Positions 9,873-19,127 of a stretch of 64,000 bases of DNA are shown here, piece by piece. The translations under genes were made by a program, and so were the position numbers. Source of the stretch: Gemmatimonadaceae bacterium (GTDB lineage Bacteria; Gemmatimonadota; Gemmatimonadetes; Gemmatimonadales; Gemmatimonadaceae); NCBI GenBank assembly GCA_040901985.1, contig JBBDYC010000011.1:9633-73632 (forward strand), read 5' to 3'. The notes under the pieces are model-generated. The model had not been told where the DNA came from and did not search any database. It worked only from the letters and a program-made list of their open reading frames with translations. Position 1 is the first letter of the stretch. Each line of letters opens with the position of its first letter.

Positions 9873-11272
9873 CGCACGAAGAGGTGGAGGGTTCGTCCCG
9901 ACTCACCGACCGGCTTGCGGAGCTGCTCGCGCAGGCCGAGGACGGCAAACGCCGCGCGCATTTCGTCTTCCGTGTAGCGGTCGAAGATGTCCTCGCGCGC
10001 GCTGAGCAACCGCTGCACTTGCGGGTCGGACTTCGGCACCCACTCGATGATCACCGTCGTGCCGAGGCGCGCGAGTTGCGCCGCCACGCCCTCGAGCGGG
10101 ACGTTGTTGCCGATGGCGAGATGATGCACCAGCGCGAGCGCGAGCACCGCATCGAACGGACCGCGCGCCGCGAGCGACGGCCACTCGGCGTGGTCCCATC
10201 CCTGGGCCGGGCTCGGGTTGGCGAGGTCCACGAGGAGCGGGTGGATCCCCGTCTCCCCCTCGTCCGTGAGGCGCCGGAATCCGCGCTCGACCGCCACCGC
10301 GTCGCCGTCGGCGGCGACGACGAGCTCGGCGCCGGCGCGGCGCGCCACGCGCGAGTACTCGCCGGCGTTGGCGCCGAGGTCGAGCACGCGCCGGGCCCCG
10401 CTGGCGCGGACGAACTCGGCGACGAGCGACTGCTTGGCGTCGCGTCCCGCGGCGTCGTAGTTGTGGGTTTCCTCATAGGCGCCCCACTCGGTGCCCACCG
10501 GGCGCCACGCCAGTCGCTCGACCGTGCTCCGCAGGTGCGCGACCAGCCCCTCGTGTCCCCGTCGCGACACGCGCGCCTGCTGCACCTTGGCGGCCGCGCG
10601 GTCGGCGCGGGCGTCGGTGGCGGCGTGCCGCGAGATGCTCCGTGCGTGGAGGTGGATGTGGAACAGCATCGCCGGGCGCAGCCAGCTCCGGCGCGGCAGG
10701 AGCCGCGACGCGAGATCGAGGGGAATCCCGTCCAGATGTTGGCGCAGCAGCCCGCCGAGGCGGATGTCAACGCGCGCCTGCAGGGCGAGCGGCGCGAGGA
10801 AGTGCTGGCAGAACTGTCGGTAGGCGATCCAGGGCGCGCCCTCCTCGGCGATCTCGAACGAGAGGGTGTCAATCAGGACCGGCCGCACGCCGCGGAACTG
10901 GATGTTGAAGGCACTCGCATCCTTGAGGGTCATCCCGTGCCCGAGCGCCACGTCCTGGACGCGGAGCGTGAGGAGCGCCGCCGCCCGCCGCTGGCCGAAG
11001 CTCCACTCGTACGGCATCGAGACGAAGGGGATGCGCTCGGGGCGGATGACGAACGCGGCGCCGGGACCCGCCGCCTCGGCGAGCGGCCGCTCCTCGTGGG
11101 GAATGAGCAGGCCGTCGGCCACCAACGCGGCATAGAGTCCGCTGGCCTTGAGCACCTCGAAGTGCCGGCGATAACGCTCCTGCACCTGTCGGAGCAGGAC
11201 GCCGTCGCGGGTGAAGAGGAACCCACTGGGATCGCGGAACGAGCTCCCGATCCGCGATGCCGGCACGCTCAT
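9869..11272 (-). CDS. NoeA-like protein: N-terminal kinase-like domain plus C-terminal class I SAM methyltransferase
   Basis: SFRDPSG start, SMPYEWSF, LKDASAFNIQF, IDTLSF, YRQFCQHFLAPL, and SAM motif VLDLGANAGEY. Start refined to ATG 11272 (ATGA overlap). Confidence 0.8.
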   Translation of the reverse strand: MSVPASRIGSSFRDPSGFLFTRDGVLLRQVQERYRRHFEVLKASGLYAALVADGLLIPHEERPLAEAAGPGAAFVIRPERIPFVSMPYEWSFGQRRAAALLTLRVQDVALGHGMTLKDASAFNIQFRGVRPVLIDTLSFEIAEEGAPWIAYRQFCQHFLAPLALQARVDIRLGGLLRQHLDGIPLDLASRLLPRRSWLRPAMLFHIHLHARSISRHAATDARADRAAAKVQQARVSRRGHEGLVAHLRSTVERLAWRPVGTEWGAYEETHNYDAAGRDAKQSLVAEFVRASGARRVLDLGANAGEYSRVARRAGAELVVAADGDAVAVERGFRRLTDEGETGIHPLLVDLANPSPAQGWDHAEWPSLAARGPFDAVLALALVHHLAIGNNVPLEGVAAQLARLGTTVIIEWVPKSDPQVQRLLSAREDIFDRYTEDEMRAAFAVLGLREQLRKPVGESGRTLHLFVR

Positions 11273-11433
11273 CCCTTGATGCGCTTGATCAATCGCGCCC
11301 ACGCCTCGCGGAGCGCGAACCCCACACGCTTCATCGTGAGGAGTGCGCCGAGGGCGCCGGCGATGAGCGCCTGCAGGATGATCGACCCGGAGATGGGGTC
11401 GAGGTAGGCGTAGAGGATGTCGGGGGGCGTCAC
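11269..11433 (-). CDS. Small single-pass membrane protein (YLDP-x-SGS-x3-Q type)
   Basis: YAYLDPISGSIILQALIAGALGALL, then a basic tail. Coupled to the NoeA-like gene. Probable GTG start at 11433. Confidence 0.7.
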   Translation of the reverse strand: MTPPDILYAYLDPISGSIILQALIAGALGALLTMKRVGFALREAWARLIKRIKG

Positions 11434-11515
11434 CGGGCGCAATTTGCCGGCCGACCCTTGCCGACGCCAGCCCACCGTGGGAGACTACTGGATGACCAGG
11501 AGGCGAGGAGACGCC

Positions 11516-11680
11516 ATGGGCAAGAAGCGAAAGCACCCGATTCCGGACTTCAGTTCGAAGCGCCCCCCTGCCCCGCGGAACGCGCCCGACCGCGCCGCCC
11601 CGGGGCCGGTGCGCCCGCCGCGCGCGCAGGTGGTCAAGCCCCAGGCAACGTCAGCCAAGTCCGGCCACCGCGGCCAATAG
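11516..11680 (+). CDS. Small basic Pro/Arg-rich hypothetical protein
   Basis: Strong SD (AGGAGG...GAGGAG) before ATG 11516. Reads MGKKRKHPIPDFSSKRP...; fills an otherwise empty gap. Confidence 0.6.
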   Translation: MGKKRKHPIPDFSSKRPPAPRNAPDRAAPGPVRPPRAQVVKPQATSAKSGHRGQ

Positions 11681-11709
11681 GTGTCGGCGCGTCACGCGCG
11701 TCGGAGGTG

Positions 11710-12651
<942 letters not shown>

Positions 12652-12814
12652 TGGGCGGAGTATGGCGGCGCCTCGGGTCGGACGCCACCATCTGCTCTGG
12701 CCACGCGTGCCGGAGAGGCCGCGGAATACGTCCGCTTCGACTTCGTGCGCGACCAGCTCCGGCGCGTGGTCTGGATCTTCTACGTGGACTGACAGCCCAA
12801 CTCGAAACCGACCG

Positions 12815-13072
12815 CTAGCGCCGACCTGCCGCGTAGGCGGCCGACATTGTCGGATCGGCCGCGATCCGGAAGAGCAACGAGTCGAAGCTGGCCCGCGTGA
12901 GCCCGTGCGCGGTGAGCACGGAGTCGGTCGCGGCGATGTTCGCCTCGATTGCGCGCGAGACGATCAGCGCGAGTTCGACATCGGTCGGCGGAGCCGACGC
13001 GGCCTCCTGTCCGGCCTTGCCACAGGCGGCCAGGGACAGGCAAATGGCGAGGAGGATCAGCGGGCGGTTCAT
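12815..13072 (-). CDS. Hypothetical lipoprotein
   Basis: Lipobox LAAC after a hydrophobic stretch. ATGA-type overlap with the upstream gene. Confidence 0.7.
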   Translation of the reverse strand: MNRPLILLAICLSLAACGKAGQEAASAPPTDVELALIVSRAIEANIAATDSVLTAHGLTRASFDSLLFRIAADPTMSAAYAAGRR

Positions 13073-13617
13073 GGGCGCCTCGGCGGCGTGTTGGCGGGAC
13101 GACCCTGACCGCGCGAAGTGTCGCGCGGCGCGGCCGTGCCTGGGGTGGGGCGACCGGCGCCGGCGGGGCGAGCAGCACCCGCGGGGCGACCGGCATCGTC
13201 GGGGCGACCGACACCGTCGGGGCGACCAACACCGTCAGGGCGCCCAACCCCGCGGCGCGCGTGCTCGGCGCGGATCCGCGCCGCGAGCTCCTGGCCGCGG
13301 ACGCCAGCCTCGACCTGCGCGCGGACGAAGCTACCGAAGTTGTCCATCCTCCGGCGGCCGCTGTCGGCGGCGATCTCGGCGTCCAGCGCCGGCACGGCGT
13401 CGCCGGCAGGGATCGCGCCGCGGCGCATCGTGGCGAGGATATCGCGGATCGTGGAGTCGGCGACGCCCGACGCGCGGGCGCGCTGCATGACTTCGGGGAG
13501 CCGCAGGGCCCTGAGCAGCGCGCTGTCGGCGGCCGTTCGGGCAGGGGCTTGTGCGTCAGCGGTCGGCACGATGCCGGCCAGCGCGGCGCAGATGAAGATG
13601 TAGATGGTGGGGCGCAT
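13069..13617 (-). CDS. Secreted hypothetical protein with GxGRP hexapeptide repeats
   Basis: SD GGAGG before ATG 13617, signal peptide, helical core and a low-complexity C-terminus. Confidence 0.7.
   Translation of the reverse strand: MRPTIYIFICAALAGIVPTADAQAPARTAADSALLRALRLPEVMQRARASGVADSTIRDILATMRRGAIPAGDAVPALDAEIAADSGRRRMDNFGSFVRAQVEAGVRGQELAARIRAEHARRGVGRPDGVGRPDGVGRPDDAGRPAGAARPAGAGRPTPGTAAPRDTSRGQGRPANTPPRRP
13147..13254. repeat. Six degenerate 18-bp coding tandem repeats (GVGRPD-type)
   Basis: Units such as GGGGCGACCGACACCGTC repeat with 18-bp period. Confidence 0.85.
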
Positions 13618-13622
13618 TGAAC

Positions 13623-13651
13623 CTCCGGGGTGCGGACTGACTACCCCGGAG
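13623..13651 (-). promoter_or_regulatory. 9-bp perfect hairpin whose 3' arm contains most of the SD of the 13617 gene
   Basis: CTCCGGGGT-N11-ACCCCGGAG, followed on the minus strand by GTTCAATG. Confidence 0.45.
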
Positions 13652-13713
13652 TGGACCAAAGCATCCCTCGCCACCGCCCGGCGATCACCACGCCGGCCAC
13701 AGCGGACGGCGAC

Positions 13714-13914
13714 CTACTTCGCCGTCCGCACCTCGCAGGTGTTCATCCCCAGCACGGCATACAGCGGACACCACCCCACCAGTCCGGTGGCAATCGGGAT
13801 AAGCCCAAGCCAGCCCCAGGGCGTCTGTGGACCGACGAACACCAGCGACACCAGCAAGAGGCCGAACACGACACGCATCGTGCGGTCGACGGTTCCTTCG
13901 TTTGTCTTGAACAT
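13714..13914 (-). CDS. DUF2892 (YgaP-like) small membrane protein
   Basis: NEGTVDRTMRVVFG...GWCPLYAVLGMNTC. SD GGAG before ATG 13914. Confidence 0.9.
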   Translation of the reverse strand: MFKTNEGTVDRTMRVVFGLLLVSLVFVGPQTPWGWLGLIPIATGLVGWCPLYAVLGMNTCEVRTAK

Positions 13915-13982
13915 CGGGACACTCCCGTGCGAGAAGCGATCGGTTGACCCATTCACGATGCCGGCCCCTGCCGCCGCGAACC

Positions 13983-14045
13983 ATCGGGGAGTGCCGCATC
14001 CTGCGCCGGGGAAACCCTGAGCGGGGCGCCGGACGGCTCCCCGAT
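13983..14045. other. Intergenic multi-stem structured element with a GNRA-capped inner hairpin
   Basis: ATCGGGGAG/CTCCCCGAT outer stem, GCCG/CGGC, TCC/GGA and GCGCC/GGCGC inner stems, and GGG-GAAA-CCC. Confidence 0.45.
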
Positions 14046-14147
14046 CGGGCTTGGCGGAATCCTTGACCGGACGCGGTATCCGGGCCACTGACCCGGGAGT
14101 ACCTTTGGCGGTCCCGCTACACCTTCTCCCACTGCCCGGATGGTCGC

Positions 14148-16787
14148 CTGAGCGTAATTGATCGCCTCAACGCCGCGCTGGCCGACCGCTATCGTCTGGA
14201 GCGCGAGCTCGGCGCGGGGGGCATGGCGACCGTCTATCTCGCGGCGGACCTGAAGCACGACCGCAACGTCGCGCTCAAGGTGCTCAAGCCCGAGCTCGCC
14301 GCCGTCCTCGGGGCCGATCGCTTCGTGGTGGAAATCAAGACCACCGCCGCGCTGCAGCACCCGCACATCCTCCCGCTCTTCGACAGTGGGACCGCCGACG
14401 GCTTCCTCTTCTATGTGATGCCGTACATCGAGGGCGAGACCCTCCGCGACAAGCTGAACCGCGAGACCCAGTTCGGCGTGGACGAGGCCGTACGGATCGC
14501 CTGCGAGGTGGCCGACGCGCTCGACTATGCACACCGCCACGGCGTGATCCACCGCGACATCAAGCCGGAGAACATCCTGCTCCACGACGGTCGCCCGATG
14601 GTGGCGGACTTCGGGATCGCGCTGGCGCTGAGCGCGGCGGCGGGCGGGCGGATGACCGAGACGGGGCTCTCGCTCGGGACGCCGCACTACATGAGCCCGG
14701 AGCAGGCGACGGCGGAAAAGGAGATCACCGGCCGCTCCGACGTCTATTCGCTGGCGAGCGTGCTCTACGAGATGCTCACCGGCGAGCCGCCGCATATGGG
14801 CAAGTCGGCGCAGCAGATCATCATGAAGATCATCGCCGAGCCGGTGAAGCCGGTGACCGAGCTGCGGAAGTCGGTGCCGACGCACATCGCCGACGCGGTG
14901 GCACAGGCGCTCGAGAAACTGCCGGCCGACCGGTTCGGCACGGCGGCCGACTTCGCGGGTGCCCTCAAGGGCGCCGTCACCGCGCGCACGACCGTGCGCT
15001 CGGCGGCCGCGGCCGCCGCCGGCGTCGGCCCGTGGCGCCGGATCGCGCTCGGCGCCGGCGTGGTTGCGCTCGGCTTCGCGGCCCTCGCCGGCTGGGCGCT
15101 CGGGCGCACGCCCGACGCGCCGGTGACACGGGTCAGCGTCTCCTTCGTGGCGGGCGAACGCCTGCAGGCGGTGGCGACGCGCCGCTTTGACATCTCGCGC
15201 GATGGCGCGCGCATCGTCTACATCGGACCGGACTCCGCGGGCACCCGCCTCTGGATCCGCGAGATGTCGTCGCTCGTGGCGCGTCCGCTCCCGGGGACCA
15301 ATGGCGCCCTCGCCCCGTTCTTCTCGCCCGACGGCCGGTCGGTGGGCTATCTCACCGGACTCCCCGGCGATGTACGGATCGTCCCGCTCGACGGGGGCTC
15401 CCAGGTGACGCTCGCCCGGGAGACCGCCGCGCCCTGGGGCGCCGACTGGGGTGATGACGGCAACATCTACTTCACGCACACGACCTCACGCATTGCCCGC
15501 GTGCCGGCCGCCGGCGGCCCGGTCGAGATCGTCAGCACGCTCGACAGCGCCAAGAACGAGATCGAGCACGACTGGCCGCAGCTCCTCCCCGATCGCAAGA
15601 GCGTGCTCGTCCAGATCTGGCACAACTCGATCGGCGATGCGACGCTGGGGATCCTCGATCTCGAGACCGGACGGACGACCGAGATCCTCGGGGCGGCCTT
15701 CGGCCGCTATCTCCCCTCCGGCCACATTGCCTATTCGACCTTCACCGGCGCGCTCGCGGTGGTCCCCTACGACGTGAAGCGGCGCCGCCTCGGCGGCGCG
15801 CCGGTGGGAATCGTGGACGGCGTGCAGGTGGACGCCCAGAGCGGCTCGGCCCAGTTCGCCGTGTCGCACACCGGGACACTCCTCTACATCGCCGGCGGTG
15901 GACTGGGCAGCGACCAGGTCGTCTGGGTGGATCGGGCCGGCCGAATGACGCCGGTGGATTCGGCCTGGCGCGGGAACTTCACGAACCTCGCGCTCGCCCC
16001 CGACGCCACGCGCCTCGCGGTGACCATCGTCAGCGCCGAGGGCGAGCAGGTCTGGGTGAAGGAACTCCCGCGCGGGCCGTTGACCCGGCTCTCCTTCGGC
16101 TCGGCGACGAACGGCCGCCCGGTCTGGGCGCCCGACAGTCGCCGGGTGGCATTCATTTCGGCGCGGGACGGAAAGCGCGGCGCGTGGGTGCAGCGCGCCG
16201 ACGGCAGCGCGCCGGCCGAACCGCTCTACCAATCCGACAAGGTGATGGACGAGATCCAGTTCACGCCCGACGGCCGCACACTGGTGTTCCGCACGGCGAG
16301 CGGCGGCGCGCACACGCGAGACGTCTTCGCAATCACGGTAGGCGTGGACAGCGCGCCGCGCGCGATCTCGGCCGGCCCATTCGACGAGTTCGGCCCCGCG
16401 ATCTCACCCGATGGGCAGTGGGTGGCGTACGTCTCCAACGAGTCCGGACGCAACGAGGTCTACGTGCGCCGGCTCGCCAATCCCGGCGCCGGCCGCACGC
16501 AGGTCTCGGTGGACGGTGGCGAGGAGCCGCGCTGGGCGCCGAGCGGACGGGAGATCTTCTTCCGCTCCGGCCGCGGCGAGATGCTCGTCACAGCGGTGAC
16601 GCTCGGCGCGCGGTTCGAGGCCCGGGAACGCCGCGTGCTCTTTCGCAGCCCGAGCATGGGCGCTGACGCGTACCACTACGGGTACGATGTCGCGCGCGAC
16701 GGACAACGATTCCTGATGGTTAATCGCGCGCTGGCCGATGTCAGCGAACTCGTCCTCGTCCTGAACGGCCTCCGCAACCTTCCCTGA
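14148..16787 (+). CDS. Hanks-type Ser/Thr protein kinase with a TM helix and TolB/PD40 beta-propeller
   Basis: LGAGGMATVY, VALKVLK, HRDIKPEN, ADFG and GTPHYMSPEQ. TM helix, then repeated P-x-F/I-SPDG / P-x-WAP-x-G (PD40). The first canonical start (ATG 14223) falls inside the Gly-rich loop, so the start is placed provisionally at CTG 14148. Confidence 0.9.
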   Translation: MSVIDRLNAALADRYRLERELGAGGMATVYLAADLKHDRNVALKVLKPELAAVLGADRFVVEIKTTAALQHPHILPLFDSGTADGFLFYVMPYIEGETLRDKLNRETQFGVDEAVRIACEVADALDYAHRHGVIHRDIKPENILLHDGRPMVADFGIALALSAAAGGRMTETGLSLGTPHYMSPEQATAEKEITGRSDVYSLASVLYEMLTGEPPHMGKSAQQIIMKIIAEPVKPVTELRKSVPTHIADAVAQALEKLPADRFGTAADFAGALKGAVTARTTVRSAAAAAAGVGPWRRIALGAGVVALGFAALAGWALGRTPDAPVTRVSVSFVAGERLQAVATRRFDISRDGARIVYIGPDSAGTRLWIREMSSLVARPLPGTNGALAPFFSPDGRSVGYLTGLPGDVRIVPLDGGSQVTLARETAAPWGADWGDDGNIYFTHTTSRIARVPAAGGPVEIVSTLDSAKNEIEHDWPQLLPDRKSVLVQIWHNSIGDATLGILDLETGRTTEILGAAFGRYLPSGHIAYSTFTGALAVVPYDVKRRRLGGAPVGIVDGVQVDAQSGSAQFAVSHTGTLLYIAGGGLGSDQVVWVDRAGRMTPVDSAWRGNFTNLALAPDATRLAVTIVSAEGEQVWVKELPRGPLTRLSFGSATNGRPVWAPDSRRVAFISARDGKRGAWVQRADGSAPAEPLYQSDKVMDEIQFTPDGRTLVFRTASGGAHTRDVFAITVGVDSAPRAISAGPFDEFGPAISPDGQWVAYVSNESGRNEVYVRRLANPGAGRTQVSVDGGEEPRWAPSGREIFFRSGRGEMLVTAVTLGARFEARERRVLFRSPSMGADAYHYGYDVARDGQRFLMVNRALADVSELVLVLNGLRNLP

Positions 16788-16802
16788 CCGGCGCAACCCG
16801 GC

Positions 16803-17243
16803 GTGCGGCTCTGGAGCCTCCATCCGCGGTACCTTGACCGCCGCGGTCTCGTCGCGCTTTGGCGCGAGGGACTGTTGGCGCAGGCGGTGCTGCGAGGACG
16901 GACGCGCGGCTACCGGCATCATCCGCAGCTGGAACGCTTCAGGCGCAGCCCGGCGCCGGTCGCCGCCATCGGGGCCTACCTGGGAGCGGTCCACGCCGAG
17001 GCCGAGCGGCGCGGCTACCGGTTCGACCGCACCAAGCTCCCGCGCGCGCGCGGCGCGCCGCGATTGACGGTCACCCGTGGGCAGCTCGAGTTCGAGTGGG
17101 AGCACCTCCGGGCGAAGCTCGCGGTGCGGGACCCGGCGTGGCTTCGCGCGTTGCCGTGCCCTGCGCCGACGCAGGCGCATCCCGGTTTTCGAGTCGTCGC
17201 CGGTGGCGTCGAGGCGTGGGAGCGCGGCGGTGCCGGCAGGTGA
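16803..17243 (+). CDS. Pyrimidine-dimer DNA glycosylase / T4 endonuclease V-like protein
   Basis: MRLWSLHPRYLD...LVALWREGLLAQAVL...GYRHHPQL family signature. Confidence 0.85.
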   Translation: MRLWSLHPRYLDRRGLVALWREGLLAQAVLRGRTRGYRHHPQLERFRRSPAPVAAIGAYLGAVHAEAERRGYRFDRTKLPRARGAPRLTVTRGQLEFEWEHLRAKLAVRDPAWLRALPCPAPTQAHPGFRVVAGGVEAWERGGAGR

Positions 17244-17315
17244 AGACGGTGCGGTGCCTGTGGACGCCGTCGCGGCGAAGCCGCTGTCTGCGTGAGTGCA
17301 GGTGTAGATTCCTCA

Positions 17316-19049
17316 ATGCCTTCCCGCTCCAACGCCACCGTCGCCCCCGAGACCGCCCCGAGCTTCGCCGCGCTCGACCTCGACCCGCGCGTGCTCGCCG
17401 CACTCGCCGCGCTGGGCTACGAGGAGCCGACGCCGATCCAACTCGCGGCGATCCCGCCGCTGCTCGCCGATCGTGACGTGCTGGCCCAGGCGGCCACCGG
17501 CACCGGGAAGACCGCGGCCTTCGCGATTCCCCTCCTGCACCGGCTGCGGACCGACGCCCCGCCGCGCGAACGCACCACCGCGCTCGTCCTCGTGCCCACG
17601 CGCGAGCTGGCGATGCAGGTCGCCGAGGCGGTCTATCGGTACGGCAAGGCGATGGGGGCGGTGGCGGTGCCAATCTACGGCGGCGCGTCAATGGAATCGC
17701 AGATCCGCTCGCTCAAGCGCGGCGTGGACGTGGTGATCGCCACCCCGGGACGCGCCCTCGACCACATCCGCCGCAAGACGGTGCATCTCGCCAGTGTCCG
17801 CACCGTCGTCCTCGACGAGGCCGACGAGATGCTCGATATGGGATTCGCCGACGACCTCGAGGCGATCCTCGCCGCGACGCCGACCGACAAGCAGGTCGCA
17901 CTCTTCTCGGCCACGCTCGCGCCGCGGATCTCGGCGATCGCCAAGACGCACCTCCGCGATCCCGAGGTGATCCGGATTGACGCCAAGTCGGTGAAGCCGG
18001 GACACACGGCGAAGATCCGGCAGCTGGCCTATATGGTGCCGCGCGCCCACAAGATGGCCGCGCTCGGTCGGATCCTCGACGTCGAGCAGCCGAAGAGCGC
18101 CATCGTCTTCTGCCGGACGCGGACCGAGGTGGACGAACTCACCGAGACGTTGAACGCGCAGGGGTACCGCGCCGAGGCGCTCCACGGCGGGCTCTCGCAA
18201 GATCAGCGCGACCGCGTGATGAAGAAGTTCCGTGCGAACACGGCCGACCTCCTGGTCGCGACCGATGTCGCCGCGCGTGGCCTCGACGTGCAGCACGTGT
18301 CGCACGTGGTGAACTACGATGTGCCGTCGGCCGGCGATGCGTATGTGCATCGGATCGGGCGCACCGGCCGCGCGGGCCGCACCGGCACGGCGATCACGCT
18401 GGCCGAGCCGCGTGAGCACCGGATGCTGCGCAACATCGAGCGGGTCACGGGCCAGCCGATCGAGACCGTCGCCCTGCCGACGGTGGCCGACCTCAAGTCG
18501 CGGCGGCTCGAACTCGCCCAGGCGGCGCTGCGCGAGGTGATCCTCGGCGGGGAGCTCGACGCGTGGCGCGGGATCGTCGCCGGACTCGCCGACGAGTTCG
18601 AGCTGATGGACATCGCGGCGGCGGCGGTGAAGCAGGCGATGCCGGAGGTGGCCGAAGCGACGGCCGCTGAGATTCCAGTGGCCGCGGCTGCACGCGAGCG
18701 GCATCCGGCGCGCGAGCGCGAGGCCGACCGCAAGGCGCGTCGCGAGACCAAGGGCGCGGCGGGCAAGGCGCCGGCGTTCAGCAAAGCCCCGCGACGCGCG
18801 CCCGGCGACGCGGTCGCCAAGCTCTACGTCGGCGCCGGACGCAAGGCGAAGCTGCGGCCCGGTGACCTCGTCGGGGCGATCGCCAACGAGGTCGGGATGG
18901 ACGCGGCGGCAATTGGCGCCATCCAGGTCTGGGACCGCCACTCGATTGTCGAGGTCCCCGAGGCGATGGCCGACGACATCATCGCCGCGCTGACGGCGGC
19001 GACGATCAAGGGGCGGAAGATCCAGGTCCGGCGGGACCGCGCGGGGTGA
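17316..19049 (+). CDS. deaD: DEAD-box RNA helicase (DeaD/CsdA) with C-terminal DbpA RNA-binding domain
   Basis: Q motif PTPIQ, GTGKT, PTRELA, DEAD, SAT, HRIGRTGRAG, and C-terminal LYVGAGR...PGDLVGAIANE. Confidence 0.9.
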   Translation: MPSRSNATVAPETAPSFAALDLDPRVLAALAALGYEEPTPIQLAAIPPLLADRDVLAQAATGTGKTAAFAIPLLHRLRTDAPPRERTTALVLVPTRELAMQVAEAVYRYGKAMGAVAVPIYGGASMESQIRSLKRGVDVVIATPGRALDHIRRKTVHLASVRTVVLDEADEMLDMGFADDLEAILAATPTDKQVALFSATLAPRISAIAKTHLRDPEVIRIDAKSVKPGHTAKIRQLAYMVPRAHKMAALGRILDVEQPKSAIVFCRTRTEVDELTETLNAQGYRAEALHGGLSQDQRDRVMKKFRANTADLLVATDVAARGLDVQHVSHVVNYDVPSAGDAYVHRIGRTGRAGRTGTAITLAEPREHRMLRNIERVTGQPIETVALPTVADLKSRRLELAQAALREVILGGELDAWRGIVAGLADEFELMDIAAAAVKQAMPEVAEATAAEIPVAAAARERHPAREREADRKARRETKGAAGKAPAFSKAPRRAPGDAVAKLYVGAGRKAKLRPGDLVGAIANEVGMDAAAIGAIQVWDRHSIVEVPEAMADDIIAALTAATIKGRKIQVRRDRAG

Positions 19050-19127
19050 GCACCGCAGGCGATTCGCCGGCTCAGCGTGAACGCGGTCCAACGACTAGAT
19101 TGAAGGACTCTCAACACGGTACGGGCG

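Noticed and set aside
13983-14100. TPP or yybP-ykoY riboswitch
   Set aside because: Only 5' fragments resemble them. The TPP core (ACCTGA...TAAT...CGNAGG) and the yybP 3' (GCRAGACC) elements are absent, and the downstream genes do not fit.
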